A stretch of DNA of 60,856 nucleotides, filler included, from Globobulimina sp. (Eukaryota), in NCBI GenBank assembly GCA_003354225.1. It is 18 parts of 18 records of this genome, joined end to end, with 100 filler letters (N's around TTAATTAATTAA, not from the genome) between each part and the next. Parts side by side here need not be neighbours in the genome. Positions count along the whole stretch, not along the records: positions 44,033 to 47,318 come from PIVH01003193.1; positions 47,419 to 50,703 come from PIVH01003194.1; positions 50,804 to 54,088 come from PIVH01003195.1; positions 54,189 to 57,472 come from PIVH01003196.1; 14 more parts are not named here. One strand, written 5' to 3'. The notes beneath the pieces were generated by a model that had not been told where the DNA came from, searched no databases, and saw nothing but the letters and a program-made list of their open reading frames with translations. The translations under genes and the position numbers were made by a program. Positions 44,033-56,490 of this stretch are shown here, in pieces. Numbering within the stretch: position 1 is the first letter of the stretch; each line of letters begins with the position of its first letter.

Positions 44033-46822
44033 AAAGAAGAGATTATCATTAAAATCCAAATGAGCAAACCGCAAAAGAAATATTACAAAACCTTCCTGTT
44101 AGCTCATAGTTCGCTGATCGACCAAGTCTCGAATGTGCTGTGTAACGGCGACAAAACGCGGGCAAAGCATCAGGTGTCGACATGGAAGAAGCTGCGCCAT
44201 TTATACACGGAATTGCGTAAAATCGCCCTGCATCCGTTTTTATTGCGGGATTTGGAGGACAAGATCTCTATAAATAACGCAGTGGAACTGATATCGCATT
44301 CGAGTAAGTTGCAATTATTGGACAAATTATTAGAGCGCTTATTTGCAAATAAACATCGCGTTTTGTTGTTTTCCTGTTTCACATTGGTCTTAAATGTGTT
44401 ATGTGTGTATTGCGAGTACAAAGGCTATAAATATTTGCGTTTGGATGGCACGACGAGCCGTATTCGCAGGAAAATAGACATAATGCGCTTCAATGACAAC
44501 CCCGACAGCGAGTTTTGTATTTATTTGATAAGTAATCGAGCGGGCGGCTTAGGGATCAATTTGCAGTCCGCAGACACTGTGATCCACTTCGATACCGATT
44601 GGAATCCGCAGGCCGACTTACAAGCGCAGGCCAGAGCGCATCGCATCGGCCAGACCAAAATGGTGAAAATCTATCGACTCATTTCGAAAAACACCGTGGA
44701 GGAAAGGATTTTATTCCGCTCGCAGCAGAAATTGTACTTAGATGCGGTGGTGAATAAAGGGGCGAAAATGCTGCAAGATAACACTGAGGAAAATGCGCAA
44801 GAGTTTGACCTGGAAAATGAGGATTTATTGGCTTGCATCAAGTTTGGTGCACAGAAAATGTTTGATAACGAGGACAATGACGAGGAGATAGATTTGGATG
44901 TGCTGTTAGAGAGAGATTCTCATCGCATTAAGGACTGTGACGGCGATGGCGAAGATCGCAAGCAATTATTGAAGGATTTGTCGCTGCAAAATAATGTCCG
45001 AGACTTCAATTTTAGTCAGAAACTAATCGCTGGCAACGTGTTTGAAGGGAAAACGTATGAAAAGAGAGATTTTGATATGAAGGATGAGACGGATTACAGT
45101 GGGATGAAAAGAAGCGATCGCTGTAAAAATCGGACTAAGATATTGATTGTGGATGGCATCCCGTTTACGACGCGAATTGAGGAGAATCCGTTGCGTACAT
45201 TTTACCAACAATGCAGCGAATATATCTATGACAGTCGTAATACGTCGCCTTTTTTCCACGAATTGAAGAGTTGTTGGGGTTGCGATAAATGTTACGCTGA
45301 GCACGAATTAGAATCATTGGACGAGGAATGCGAGGATATGGAGATAATTAAATGTCAAAATTGTCCCAAAACGTTCCATAATAATACGAAATGTTGGCGT
45401 GGGGAAAAAAGCAAAATGGGAATATTTATTTGTTCACAGCATAGCTGTCATAAATGTGGGATGAAAACGGGAGAATGTGGCATGATTTTGAAGTGTATCG
45501 GGTGTCAGTTATCGTTTTGTTTTGATTGCTCGCCGCAGCCATTTTGGAAAAGCAGCGAGGAAGAAAAGGATGGTTTGCATTTCGTGGATGAATGTCGCAT
45601 TGCTCAACATTTTAATTATCAATTACCAAAATCGGCATATATGTATGTTTTGTGTAGTAACCAATGTAAGAAATTTTACGATCTCGTTTATTGTAAACGG
45701 CAATTACCAGATTTATCATTGACTTATCAGAAATTATCCAAAAATGAGTCTGAAATTAAAACAATTATCAAAAAATCTTGTAAAAAAAAATGGAATTCAA
45801 GATATGCCGCAAGATATTTGAGGGAGATATGGGTTGATCCACGGATGCAAAGTTACGATATGGAGAGTAAAATAGTCGAGCGATTAAAGCAACATTTTAA
45901 AGGAAATTGTCAATTAATCGAGAAATTTTATGATATTTTATATTTATATCCGATATCTGATTATGATGATAATATTATTGATTGTGGTATAAATAATCAG
46001 AAACAAGATAAAGATTATATTTTAGGCAAACATTACTTGCAAATTAGCGAATTAAATGATTTTGCAAACGACAATTTATGTTTACCGCAATGGAAACAAT
46101 GCTGTAAATGCAAGAAATGGCGAGTTTTGAACATCAAAATTAAGCAAATAATGGCTCATTTTATGATGGATGATTTTTGTTATGCGAGCACGAGGATTAA
46201 TGATTTATATTATGCGCATTGGGAATGTTCAAAAAAAGATGGTTTCGAGAATTTGTGTCAAACCAAGCAGGAAATGCAAGATATAAAAAAAAACCATTCC
46301 GAGTGTGAAATAAATATATTACGCTTACAAAGAGATGCAATGAATATACGATTTAAAATGAATGGAAAGAAAATTGAGGGTATCGATGATTATAAAACAC
46401 AGTTATTTGACATTAAAAATAAAATGAATGAAATAATGAATAAATATAAATTAGAATCAATGAATAAATTATCGATTATTAATGAGACTCATTTATCGCA
46501 AGCGAGATATATTGGGCTCTCTGAATGGAATGGATTTATTCGACCCGAATATGAAGAAAATGATAGAGATACAATCTGTCAATATTATGAACATTTAATT
46601 ACACAATTTCGACATTGGAGAATTGCATCGATTAAAACATTAATGGATCATTTAGGTTTTTTTGTGGTATCAAGGAAAAAACAAAGAGGTTCAAAAGAAT
46701 TCCATTCCGATACTATTGCCTTATCATATAATAAGGACAAAGTTATTAAAGCATTGGCCGCATTTTTAATTTATCCAAACAAAGATTTTTTACAATTAAC
46801 AACTTCATATTTTAGTAAATAA
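44033..46822 (+). CDS. SNF2-family (ISWI/CHD-like) ATPase C-terminal helicase lobe with PHD-like fingers and a CW-type zinc finger; 5'-partial
   Basis: 'ELRKIALHPFL', 'SSKLQLLDKLL', 'RLDGTT', 'RAGGLGINL', 'DWNPQADLQAQARAHRIGQ'. Cys/His clusters at ~45270-45680. 'QWKQCCKCKKWR...WEC...C..KQE'. Confidence 0.93.
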   Translation, partial: KEEIIIKIQMSKPQKKYYKTFLLAHSSLIDQVSNVLCNGDKTRAKHQVSTWKKLRHLYTELRKIALHPFLLRDLEDKISINNAVELISHSSKLQLLDKLLERLFANKHRVLLFSCFTLVLNVLCVYCEYKGYKYLRLDGTTSRIRRKIDIMRFNDNPDSEFCIYLISNRAGGLGINLQSADTVIHFDTDWNPQADLQAQARAHRIGQTKMVKIYRLISKNTVEERILFRSQQKLYLDAVVNKGAKMLQDNTEENAQEFDLENEDLLACIKFGAQKMFDNEDNDEEIDLDVLLERDSHRIKDCDGDGEDRKQLLKDLSLQNNVRDFNFSQKLIAGNVFEGKTYEKRDFDMKDETDYSGMKRSDRCKNRTKILIVDGIPFTTRIEENPLRTFYQQCSEYIYDSRNTSPFFHELKSCWGCDKCYAEHELESLDEECEDMEIIKCQNCPKTFHNNTKCWRGEKSKMGIFICSQHSCHKCGMKTGECGMILKCIGCQLSFCFDCSPQPFWKSSEEEKDGLHFVDECRIAQHFNYQLPKSAYMYVLCSNQCKKFYDLVYCKRQLPDLSLTYQKLSKNESEIKTIIKKSCKKKWNSRYAARYLREIWVDPRMQSYDMESKIVERLKQHFKGNCQLIEKFYDILYLYPISDYDDNIIDCGINNQKQDKDYILGKHYLQISELNDFANDNLCLPQWKQCCKCKKWRVLNIKIKQIMAHFMMDDFCYASTRINDLYYAHWECSKKDGFENLCQTKQEMQDIKKNHSECEINILRLQRDAMNIRFKMNGKKIEGIDDYKTQLFDIKNKMNEIMNKYKLESMNKLSIINETHLSQARYIGLSEWNGFIRPEYEENDRDTICQYYEHLITQFRHWRIASIKTLMDHLGFFVVSRKKQRGSKEFHSDTIALSYNKDKVIKALAAFLIYPNKDFLQLTTSYFSK

Positions 46823-47044
46823 TTACTTTTTTTTTAATTTATTTTCTTTGCTATTTAATTTCAAATTTACTTACGGGGATATCTTTTTTTTGTGTATTTC
46901 TTCAACAAATATCACCCTTTTAATTAAATTTGTTTTGTACTTTTGTTGACATGATACTATGCAATTATTAATTTTTTTGTCTACAAACACTGCAAGTCAG
47001 CAAAATTTGTGTCATCAAAACAAGGCAAAAGAGACAAAGATTTA

Positions 47045-47318
47045 TTATTTGTATTTCCACTGTTTCTCCATTCTCCAATCCTTACTCCCTGCGTTCCACC
47101 ATTGTGATTCAGGTAATATTGATGGATCATCACTGAATCTCAACATTATTCCATATATCACATATTTATCTGTATCACTTGTATCTAAAAACCATTCAAT
47201 CTGATTATGTCCATGTACAGTGCAAGAATGACCCATTTTGCCATTACTATAACTTTTCGTACAATCGCATTTCTGACAATCCAATGAATAATTTGGATCA
47301 ATTTGTGTGATCCTTTCA
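47045..47318 (-). CDS. Hypothetical protein C-terminal fragment
   Basis: Short open frame at the contig end with Cys/Trp-rich sequence. Confidence 0.4.
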
Positions 47319-47418
47319 NNNNNNNNNNNNNNNNNNNNNNNNNNNNNNNNNNNNNNNNNNNNTTAATTAATTAANNNNNNNNNNNNNNNNNNNNNNNNNN
47401 NNNNNNNNNNNNNNNNNN

Positions 47419-49291
47419 ATAAACTTCTCAAAAATGAAAATCCTATGCTATATCCGTCAAAAATTTCAACATTCATTGTTTCCACATTTATAAATATTCG
47501 TTTTTTATTCTTGCATATATTACGGAACAGATTCTCAATGTATTCATCTAAATTTTGCCATTCTTCTCTCTTTAACTCATTTTGTATTAACTTTATAGCA
47601 ATGCCTTTGCATTCATTCCATAAATCAGTTGGTCCGATTACTGAGTCCGTCGCTGAAACTTTATGATAAATTTGACTGCTGTCAACAAAGAAATTGCCTG
47701 TCATCATCCTATCAATGATGGATATGGCTTTGATGTATTTGTTGAAATTAGCCGCATTGTTATTGGTTGAAATAATATTTATAAACGTGAATGTTTGCAA
47801 ACCTATTCAATAGAAACAGTGTTTCAAAGTATTAACAATAACATACTGCACAGTACCTCCCATGAATAGCAGTTCCAACTCATTCGAGAAGGCAGATAAC
47901 CAATTACATTGAAAATATTTTAGTTCGGGGCTGGCCTCCATTTTTAAAACTAGCCCAGAATTATCATCCGTACGCGTAAAATTAACAGCAACTTCGAAAC
48001 TGGAGGTAGTTGATAATGCGCCATAAATCCAAGGACTCGTTGATTCAAACAACATATTTTCACTTATACCATGATAAAATATTTCACATTTTCCATGTCT
48101 TTGCTCTTCGCCAAAAATATTAATGCATTCCATCAAATATTTGGAGAAGAAATGAAAATTAGAATTTCGTTTGATCAAAGCATCCATGTTTTCATTTACC
48201 TGTTCTTTGCGCAATGTGCATGAAAATTGATTTTGAAACACATCATAATCGCAATAAATAATGACACAAACTATGTGAGATTGAGACAGCTGATATGAAT
48301 CATCATGGCCGTACTTCGATGGATGACCAGGATGTGTTTGTAGACCGTGAGCATATTTGTTAATTGCTGCACAAATTGTTTTGGCACAATTTGTATGCAT
48401 TTGTTTCTTAGATTTTTGCATTTCTGCAGCAAATTGTTGCATATTAATGGTTGAAACTGAATTTGCAGTTAATTCCTCCTTCAAATCAGTATACTTTGGC
48501 GGCACATAATACATATCACCCTTTGTACTGATGGTACTATTTATGTTTTTATGATAATCCCAATAAAACAGTTGAAATCCATAGGAATATTGACCCATAT
48601 CTCCGACTGCTGATTTGCCCAAATTTGAATTAAATTTGTTGCTTCTTTGATTATTGAAATCCAAATTAGTTTGTTCGTACAGCGCTTTTCTTTTCTTTTG
48701 AATCAATTCAAATAAGTTTGTTAATTTACTTGTTCTTCGTTTCTCTTTGACCGTTAATCTGTATCCCATGTGATATGAATGCAAAAGATGGCAATGTATT
48801 GTGTCTAATATTTGTGTGGTTATTATTATTTCAGGTTTTGTATTGTTACGATATGAATTGGAATGGTTTCGACCTGTTCTGTTTCGAATGAGTATTCTAC
48901 ATTTCTCCAATGAGCATGTTTTGAGTGTGTTGTAAATAAATTCAAAATCGCTGTCATGATCATGAACTTGCAATATGTGATTGAATATGTTCGATATTTT
49001 TGTGATATTTGAATACAATGAAGAACAGTATTCATCATTGTGTTGATGATTGGAATATGAGTCAATTATTTCAGTCATTTCAGTGATAGATTTGCATTCT
49101 GAAACATCTCCTGTGCATTCACTGCATTGCAATTGATCAGAAAATAGTTTATCAGATATAGTGGCGAGATTACATTTTTCCTCTGCTTTGTGGGTGAGTT
49201 GTTTTATAAAAACGAAACATGCTTTGCATTGATGTCTCTTACTGCTATTTGTTAGACCACAGCAGTTACAGTCCCATGAGGACTGAGACAT
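47419..49291 (-). CDS. RanBP2-type zinc finger plus ADP-ribosyltransferase-like domain protein, 3'-partial. Exons 49291-47857 and 47802-47419
   Basis: 'WDCNCCGLTN....QCKAC'. ART-like triad 'FYHG', 'STTSSFEVA', 'SAFSNELELLF'. Intron 47803-47856 joins in frame. Confidence 0.7.
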
Positions 49292-49461
49292 TTAGCACCA
49301 AAACAGAAAACATTAGTTACAAATATTTTTAACAGAGATGATTGTATGATACATGGCACGCAATAATAAAATTTTTAAAATAAGTGCACCAAAACAAGAA
49401 TAAAGAACAATATAAAAAAATAACCCTTGATAATTACTAAGGAAAAAGGAAGGAACATCAG

Positions 49462-50703
49462 TCAATATATAGAAACAATGCATATCAGGAAATACGCGAA
49501 AATAATTTTCTTTCCCATTGTTTGTTGAACCATATTTTCAAATGATTGCCACATATTAATCCAATACCATTTATAAACTAAAATCATTACAATTAAATAC
49601 AAAACAATTTCAGTGAAAACAGCAGAAACATTATAAATCGTTGCTTTTATAAACATTGATTCATTCAAACCGGCATGAAAAACATTAATTGAATATATAT
49701 TTGGTATGTTTAATACTAAATAAATCTGTTGAATAACTGCTGTGGTCAAACATACATTAATTCTTATCACAAAATCAAACGACAATCTTGTTCTCCATTG
49801 ATAAATATTTGAGTCATCATTATATTTCGCATACACCCAAACGTAAAAACTTTCTTGTCTTTGTTGGAATTCATGTAATAAATCATTCGTATTATCAAAA
49901 TACCAGTCACTGATTCGCACAAAAAACAAAAACAATTCCCGCAATAAATGAATACTTAAAACTATCACAAAATGCACAACATTGTCACAATAATAAGCCA
50001 CAAATTGCCGAAATACAATCCAATACATAGCCGCACAATAAAACTCACACAAATATTCAAATGAAGTGTTCATATTTACAGCTCTAAATCCATCCAATTT
50101 GCGTGCATACGATTTCAACATTCGCTTTGCGACACACATTATTCCCATAAATAACATATAAATTATCAAGAAATATTTCTTCATAAAATCAACATGCAAT
50201 ATGCCAAAAATATAGCGTGTGATCCATAATATTAATAATACGCAAAAGCACAGAATTTGCAATTTAAATATTTTGCAGTTAATAGCGCCAAAGGAAGAAG
50301 ATGACAGCATATCAAATTCGTCTTTTTCATATTCATCATATAATATTAAATATCGTTCTTCATTTTCAACGCTATCATTCAATGCTATTTCTGTGGTCTC
50401 TTCCTCATCGATATCAGATTTATACTCATCGTCATCGGTATGTGTTTCCAGTAATAAAATAGCGGCTTTTTTCTGTGATTTGCGCCGTTTTCTTGATTTC
50501 TTTCTTCGTTTTCTTGATCTCGAGATTGATTTCCTTTGCGTATAACTCCTCTCTGCGTCTAAGCGTTGCCGAAACGAACCGGATTGGTGATTCTCCACAA
50601 AATAGGTCATAATTATCAGCAATATCAGTATAAATTGGATAAATAATGAATAAAATGATAATGCATCGGTCAGTCCGCATGCAATAATATTATCACACAT
50701 TTG
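49462..50703 (-). CDS. Multi-pass membrane protein, probably 5'-partial
   Basis: Several hydrophobic helices plus a basic/acidic cytosolic loop. Confidence 0.7.
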   Translation of the reverse strand, partial: QMCDNIIACGLTDALSFYSLFIQFILILLIIMTYFVENHQSGSFRQRLDAERSYTQRKSISRSRKRRKKSRKRRKSQKKAAILLLETHTDDDEYKSDIDEEETTEIALNDSVENEERYLILYDEYEKDEFDMLSSSSFGAINCKIFKLQILCFCVLLILWITRYIFGILHVDFMKKYFLIIYMLFMGIMCVAKRMLKSYARKLDGFRAVNMNTSFEYLCEFYCAAMYWIVFRQFVAYYCDNVVHFVIVLSIHLLRELFLFFVRISDWYFDNTNDLLHEFQQRQESFYVWVYAKYNDDSNIYQWRTRLSFDFVIRINVCLTTAVIQQIYLVLNIPNIYSINVFHAGLNESMFIKATIYNVSAVFTEIVLYLIVMILVYKWYWINMWQSFENMVQQTMGKKIIFAYFLICIVSIY

Positions 50704-51039
50704 NNNNNNNNNNNNNNNNNNNNNNNNNNNNNNNNNNNNNNNNNNNNTTAATTAATTAANNNNNNNNNNNNNNNNNNNNNNNNNNNNNNNNNNNNNNNNN
50801 NNNTTTTGAGACAAGTCATGTTTTGACGCGCCATTCGAATTCATCGGAATATTATTATTATTCATTGAATTATTATTATCACAGTTTGGAGTCACATACA
50901 TCATCATATTATATTATTATTATTCTGCACACCTTTCAATGCGATTTCATTTGTCTTCCTTTATCGGTTTGTGATTGCTTAATAATCCATTCACAGTGCA
51001 GTGAGTGCACAAAGTCCGCGTCATTGAAATATAATATAT

Positions 51040-51860
51040 ATACATTGTGATAGTAGCACTCAATGGATTTGGGTATGCCGTAATGTATAACATGGCGAAT
51101 ATCGCCTTAAATTTGTCAATGCCCATTCCAAAAGCAACGGTGGCTACGATACATTGATAACCATTCTGTTCCCATTTGCTTTGTATTTCAGCTCTTCTCT
51201 GCCACTCCAAACCGCCATGATACGCTGCTGCATTTATGCCGTTTCCACATAAAATGTTTGAAATAAATTATGGTCGAACAATAAATTATGGTCGAACCGG
51301 AGCTGTAGTATTCGGAGCGAGATAAGTCAGAGATTACGGACTGTTTTCGGTGGATAAAATAAGTTAAATTTATACGATTAAATGTGCCACAAATATGTAA
51401 TAATTTATGTTGTGGATCATTGCGTAATTTTAAGTTTTTAATGATTTCAAATTGTACATCTTTTGTGGCGGTCGCAGTTAAGGCTAAAATGGGAATATTT
51501 GGTAAGTTGTCCCTTAGGCGAAATAAGCGTTGATATGAGGGACGAAAATCGTGTCCCCATTCAACGACACAGTGCGATTCGTCAATGCCGATACAGGAAA
51601 TACCAAATTTGTTGTTGAATTTTATTGTGGCTGAATGCGTCCGCTCTGTCCGCATCGTTGGTGTTTTGTGTGATGGAAACAGCGGAGATATTTTTATTTC
51701 GTAATGAATTGACTTGATTCTGTGATAAGGAAATCAGCGGTGAGATAATGATGGCGGTCTTTTTTAAATAAATTGGAGGGATTTGATAACATAAAGATTT
51801 GCCACTTCTTGTCGATATTACAACTAATGAGTCATTGCCATTTATTGTATGTACGAATTA
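51040..51860 (-). pseudogene. RecQ-family helicase pseudogene
   Basis: Motifs lie in different frames: 'STRSGKSLCYQIP...ISPLISL', 'IDESHCVVEWGHDFRPSY', 'LTATAT', 'AAAYHGG', 'VATVAFGMGIDK', 'DIRHVIHYGIPKSIECYY'. At least three frameshifts, a deletion and an 18-nt duplication. Confidence 0.88.
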
Positions 51861-51991
51861 TGTGAAAAGTATTCTTGCAATATCGAGAAACACTCGCTTT
51901 CGATTGGTGAAGAGTCGGATAATGCCATTAGCAAACGTAGAGTAAAAAATGTTTTTTTTTTTTAAATTAAGTAAGAAATTCTTAGCATGGC

Positions 51992-52294
51992 ATGATGTTT
52001 GATGGTTTAAAACATTTAATTCAACCATATATTGAAGGATATATAAGTGTAAATGAGGAAAATGAGAAAGGATTAACAACACCGGATCGAATATTTATTA
52101 TCCAATCATTATTATGTGCTATTCCATTAATTTCTATTCCATTACTGATCATATTCTTTGTGATAGCATCTGAAATGGGTTCTGTCTTTGCTATATGTGT
52201 ATCTCTAATGGTTATAGCGTGTTGTTGTTGTGTGGTCTGTGCAAACGTATATTGGCTAAAAAACGGAAACACTGCATATCAACAAATAAACTAA
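51992..52294 (+). CDS. Small two-TM Cys-rich membrane protein
   Basis: 100-aa ORF with two hydrophobic helices and 'ACCCCVVC'. Confidence 0.45.
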   Translation: MMFDGLKHLIQPYIEGYISVNEENEKGLTTPDRIFIIQSLLCAIPLISIPLLIIFFVIASEMGSVFAICVSLMVIACCCCVVCANVYWLKNGNTAYQQIN

Positions 52295-52449
52295 TTCAAA
52301 TATGACTGTTTAAGTGAAAGAAAAACAAAAGTCATAAGACAAGTATTTTAAGTTACACCATGTTTTTATTCATTTATTGGTCTGTCAATATACGCAAATC
52401 TTTAAATGTGTATAAAAAACGTTGTGAAAAACTTTATCTGTTATGCAAT

Positions 52450-53834
52450 ATGCCTCCGCAACAAGGAAAACTGAATGGATATCACTTGCTTCTATTATTA
52501 ACAACATCAACACAAAATGCATTGCTGTGGAAAATGTTTGCGTCCTTTTCCGGGTTTATTGCTAAAGATTACAATATTTCATACACGTCATTGACAACTG
52601 CTTTATCCATTGCTACCTTATCAACAGTAATGGCATTATTTATTAATCCGCAGATAACATTTATTAAAACGAACTTATTGATCTTTTTAATTCAAATATT
52701 GCAGCTAATCGGTGTCTTATTATTGTGGTTGGTCCAAAATAATATCATCGTATTTGCTGTCGGATTGGCATTATTAGTCAATGTGTTTCAACTTCATTGG
52801 GGTGCCACGAATGGAATAATGTCTGCATTTATTTATAACGACACCCAAAGACGGAAATATTTAGCAATATACAATTCAAATTGGACAATAGCTACTTTTT
52901 TATTTATTTTCTCTGGGTTTGTACTTCGATTCTAATCTGTTTGCAGTTGATGTCAATACTCAACACACAGAAAAATAAAAAAACATAAAGGGTCATAATG
53001 AGATATTATTCATATTGGGTCTTTTTGCAAATAATGGTAGCTTCAAGCATATGTTTTGCAATTTTGAATTTAATATTTTTACCAAAAATCTCCATCGATG
53101 AACAAAATAGACTCAACAGCGGGTTATCACCAACAGCGGCATCCAAACGGCAAAAACATTCATTACTTAACGATCTAAAGATTTTATTCGTGAATAATGC
53201 AGTTTATAGCACCTTATTTTCGGCGGTGTTGTTCCAATTTTTTATTTGGGGGTTAATGTATGTTACATTTGGCCCGTTCATTCAACATTTATTCAATTTA
53301 AATCCGGCGAGATTCGGTTTAATTTTTGCTTTGATTGAGGGAGCTGGCAATGGCATCGGTATTATATCTTTATATATATTCAAAACTGCAAAGATGGTGT
53401 TATGCGGTGGTATTATCGAACTGATAGCACTCTTATTAGTGATGTTGATAACCAATGCAAATAATTTGGCATTTTTATTACAAATACAATATCAATATTT
53501 GATGTATTTCATTATATTTTTATTTTTCATTGGCAATGAATGTGTGATTGTGGGTGTTATGATATTGAATGTGCAGATTACACCGTCAGCACAGCAAGCA
53601 CGAGCAAGCGGATTGATATCATTTGCAAACAGTGTTTGTGCGTTTATTGCCACTTTCATAGCCGGGCCTTTATATTATTATAACGGAATGCAATTGGAAT
53701 CTGTTATAGTTTTCATCACCATCACTTTTGAATTGATTACAATTATATCTTTTTACATCCTCAATTCCAGGAAAAATCAAAGAGAAACTCTCAAAATCAA
53801 TCAAAATCACACTAAGAGCTATTCTTCAGTATAA
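52450..53834 (+). CDS. Major facilitator superfamily transporter. Exons 52450-52916 and 52991-53834
   Basis: About 12 TM helices in two halves; 'TPSAQQARASGL...F...IAGPL'; intron 52917-52990 is in frame. Confidence 0.85.
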
Positions 53835-54188
53835 ACTATTTATACGTTTAAGCTCTTGTGTTTTCACTCGTAACTTTACGGAGTTAGTTACTTATAAAAA
53901 ACGTTTGTTATTTACTTAAAATTAAATACTGTTACACACAAATGTGTCATTTGAATAACATTTATAATACATTTTGAATTGCTTTATAATCCATCAAATC
54001 AGCAACCAATTGGGTAATATATTGCAAATAATTTGCATTGCAAGTCGCATCATGTGTTAATACTGATATATATTCACAATCGTCTTCCNNNNNNNNNNNN
54101 NNNNNNNNNNNNNNNNNNNNNNNNNNNNNNNNTTAATTAATTAANNNNNNNNNNNNNNNNNNNNNNNNNNNNNNNNNNNNNNNNNNNN

Positions 54189-54272
54189 CACTTTTTTCAT
54201 TAAATATGTGGCGTCACACTTTTCCAATTTATGTGGCGCCGCACTTTTTTATTAAATATGTGGCGCCGCAGA
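54189..54272. repeat. Minisatellite, ~25-29-bp unit x3
   Basis: cactttt..attaaatatgtggcgYcRca units at the contig start. Confidence 0.85.
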
Positions 54273-54431
54273 TTTACAATGGAAAGTGTATTCCCAAAAA
54301 CAAATATAAAATTGCCATATAGTACACATATAAAACAGAAAACATGAATTCCATCACAAACAGAAAACTATTGGCAAAATAAAAATTAATTAAACAACAA
54401 TATTAAAATAAAATGCTATGTAATTCATTTA

Positions 54432-56490
54432 TTACAATACACAATGTTTTGTATTCTCCGTATTTAAAATATAATAGGGTAAAACCTTAATTTTTTTATG
54501 CTGTCGTTGGTGTCTTTCCTTTTGCGATTTTGTTTTTTGTTGAATGCGTAATTTATATCTATCATAATAATGTTTAAACCATTCATGTTTTAATATGTGT
54601 TCCGTATCAATTCTGCCCGCTTCATCGATATTAATTAATCCCTCAACTAAGGACAATGTCGACCTATACACATGTTTAGAGAGACCATGTTTACATAAAT
54701 AATTTGCTAATTCTTTGCTTTGCAATGCCAAATAGCCTTCGTCATATTCATTGGGTGCAATATATGGTTTATTGCCAGTCAACATTTGATATAATAATAT
54801 CCCCAATGAATAGCAATCAGCCTTCCTCGCATCAAATGTCTGTCCATTATATCGCTGCGGTGCTTTATGTGCATGGTCTTTGGTATAACCCCGCTTCGAA
54901 CATAAAAACGAATTGCTTTCAAATGGAAATATCTCCGCAAACCCGAAGTCACTTATTTTAACACTTAAATTCTTGGAATCCACCGTAATCGAACCATCTT
55001 TCTTATTTATATAAAAATCGCCATTCTTAATCAATATATTATCGGTATTCATATCTAAATGACACACATTCATATCATTGTGCATCCAATACAGCATAAC
55101 AGTCACTTGCCAGAATATAAATTTAACCGTAATCCGCCAATGCTTTATTTTCAATTTCTTTTCTTGAATATATTTATGTGCCATCTCAAGAAAGTGTGTT
55201 AGCGTTTGATCCCCGCCGTATTCTTGAATTAAATAAAAATCTGTATCGGTCTCAATAAAATCTATATACTCACATATATTATCTGCGGGTGGCTTGTTCA
55301 AAACAGATAAATAATTCAATATTATCGCTTCTTTCATTATGTTTTCATTGTTGGACGATATTTTACTGTTCATTTCTACCATTTTCTTATCTACTTTCTT
55401 GATGGCAACATTGTGCAATGTCGCGACATTAAAACAGTTTTTTAACGAAGATGTCTGACTCATTAGTTTCAGGCTATTGCGTGGTTTGTAGATCGCTTTT
55501 ATGCCATTACTGTTATCCTTATCATCGTCCTTTGCTTCGACATCGATGATTTTTGCTTCATACACACAGCCATGGATTGTTGCGCATATTTTCTTTACTA
55601 TTTTATAGCCATATTTCTATCGTAAACAAATGTTCATTACTATACAAATGTTAATAAAGGTACAGTGCATACTTAACAGATAAGGCTAAATCATCCGATA
55701 TTTGAGCAAATTCAGATTCTGTATATGATTGTTGCTGAGTGGTTGCATCATCATCATAATCCGAGTCAGTGTCAGATGAGGATGAAGATGAAGAATCATC
55801 GGATGATCCGGATGATGGATTAGACGATGAATCCGATATGGTTTTAAACGATTTGTCTGAAGCACGTTTCTTGTTATTGTTGTTATTGTTATTCGTTGGG
55901 AAATGTGCAGGGAACGTTGGAAATGCCGACGGTTGTGGTGTTTCTACGGGTGTCGCATGTTTAGATTCATGCTCATCATCGCTACTCACAGATGCTGGAA
56001 GATCGACACTTTCAATGTTTTCGTACTGTGCAGTTGCAATGTTATAAACGTTACTGTTGATATCGATATTATATTTGTTTTCATCTGAATTGAATGGAAA
56101 CGCTGAATATTGTGGTTTGTTGTTTGTATTGACTGAATTTTGAGGTGATAATGTCACTGATTCTTGCACTGACCATTGTTCTTTTAATTTTGGAGCTGGG
56201 ACGTGGCTGAATGTCAGTGGAGGTGGCGGCGGTGGAGGTGGCGGTGTGCCTATATCTAACATAAAGAATGGTGTACTGCCAGTTGAGCCACGTGATGGCG
56301 AATTAGATGTTTGTTGCACTGGTGTTTGCGTAATTGACCAGTCTTGAGCGTAGATTCCATGAGACATAATAGGTGATGGAGCTGCATAGTTACTGTTAGA
56401 TCGTGGTTTGTAGGTTGCTGTACGTATAGCAATATCATGTAATTGTGCCGGTTGATACATGGTTGTCAAACAAGTGGGATCTTGAAGCAC
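54432..56490 (-). CDS. Atypical Ser/Thr protein kinase with a low-complexity N-terminus, ~665 aa. Exons 56490-55678 and 55616-54432
   Basis: VAIKK, 'KEA', HLDMNTDN, DFG, KAPQ, DCYSLG. Intron 55617-55677 gives 'LALS|KYGYKIVKKICATIHGCVYEA'. Confidence 0.9.

Noticed and set aside
44033-45300. Higher-GC helicase segment (and PDE core) as horizontal transfer
   Set aside because: GC changes gradually within continuous eukaryotic ORFs, which is consistent with codon-usage variation.
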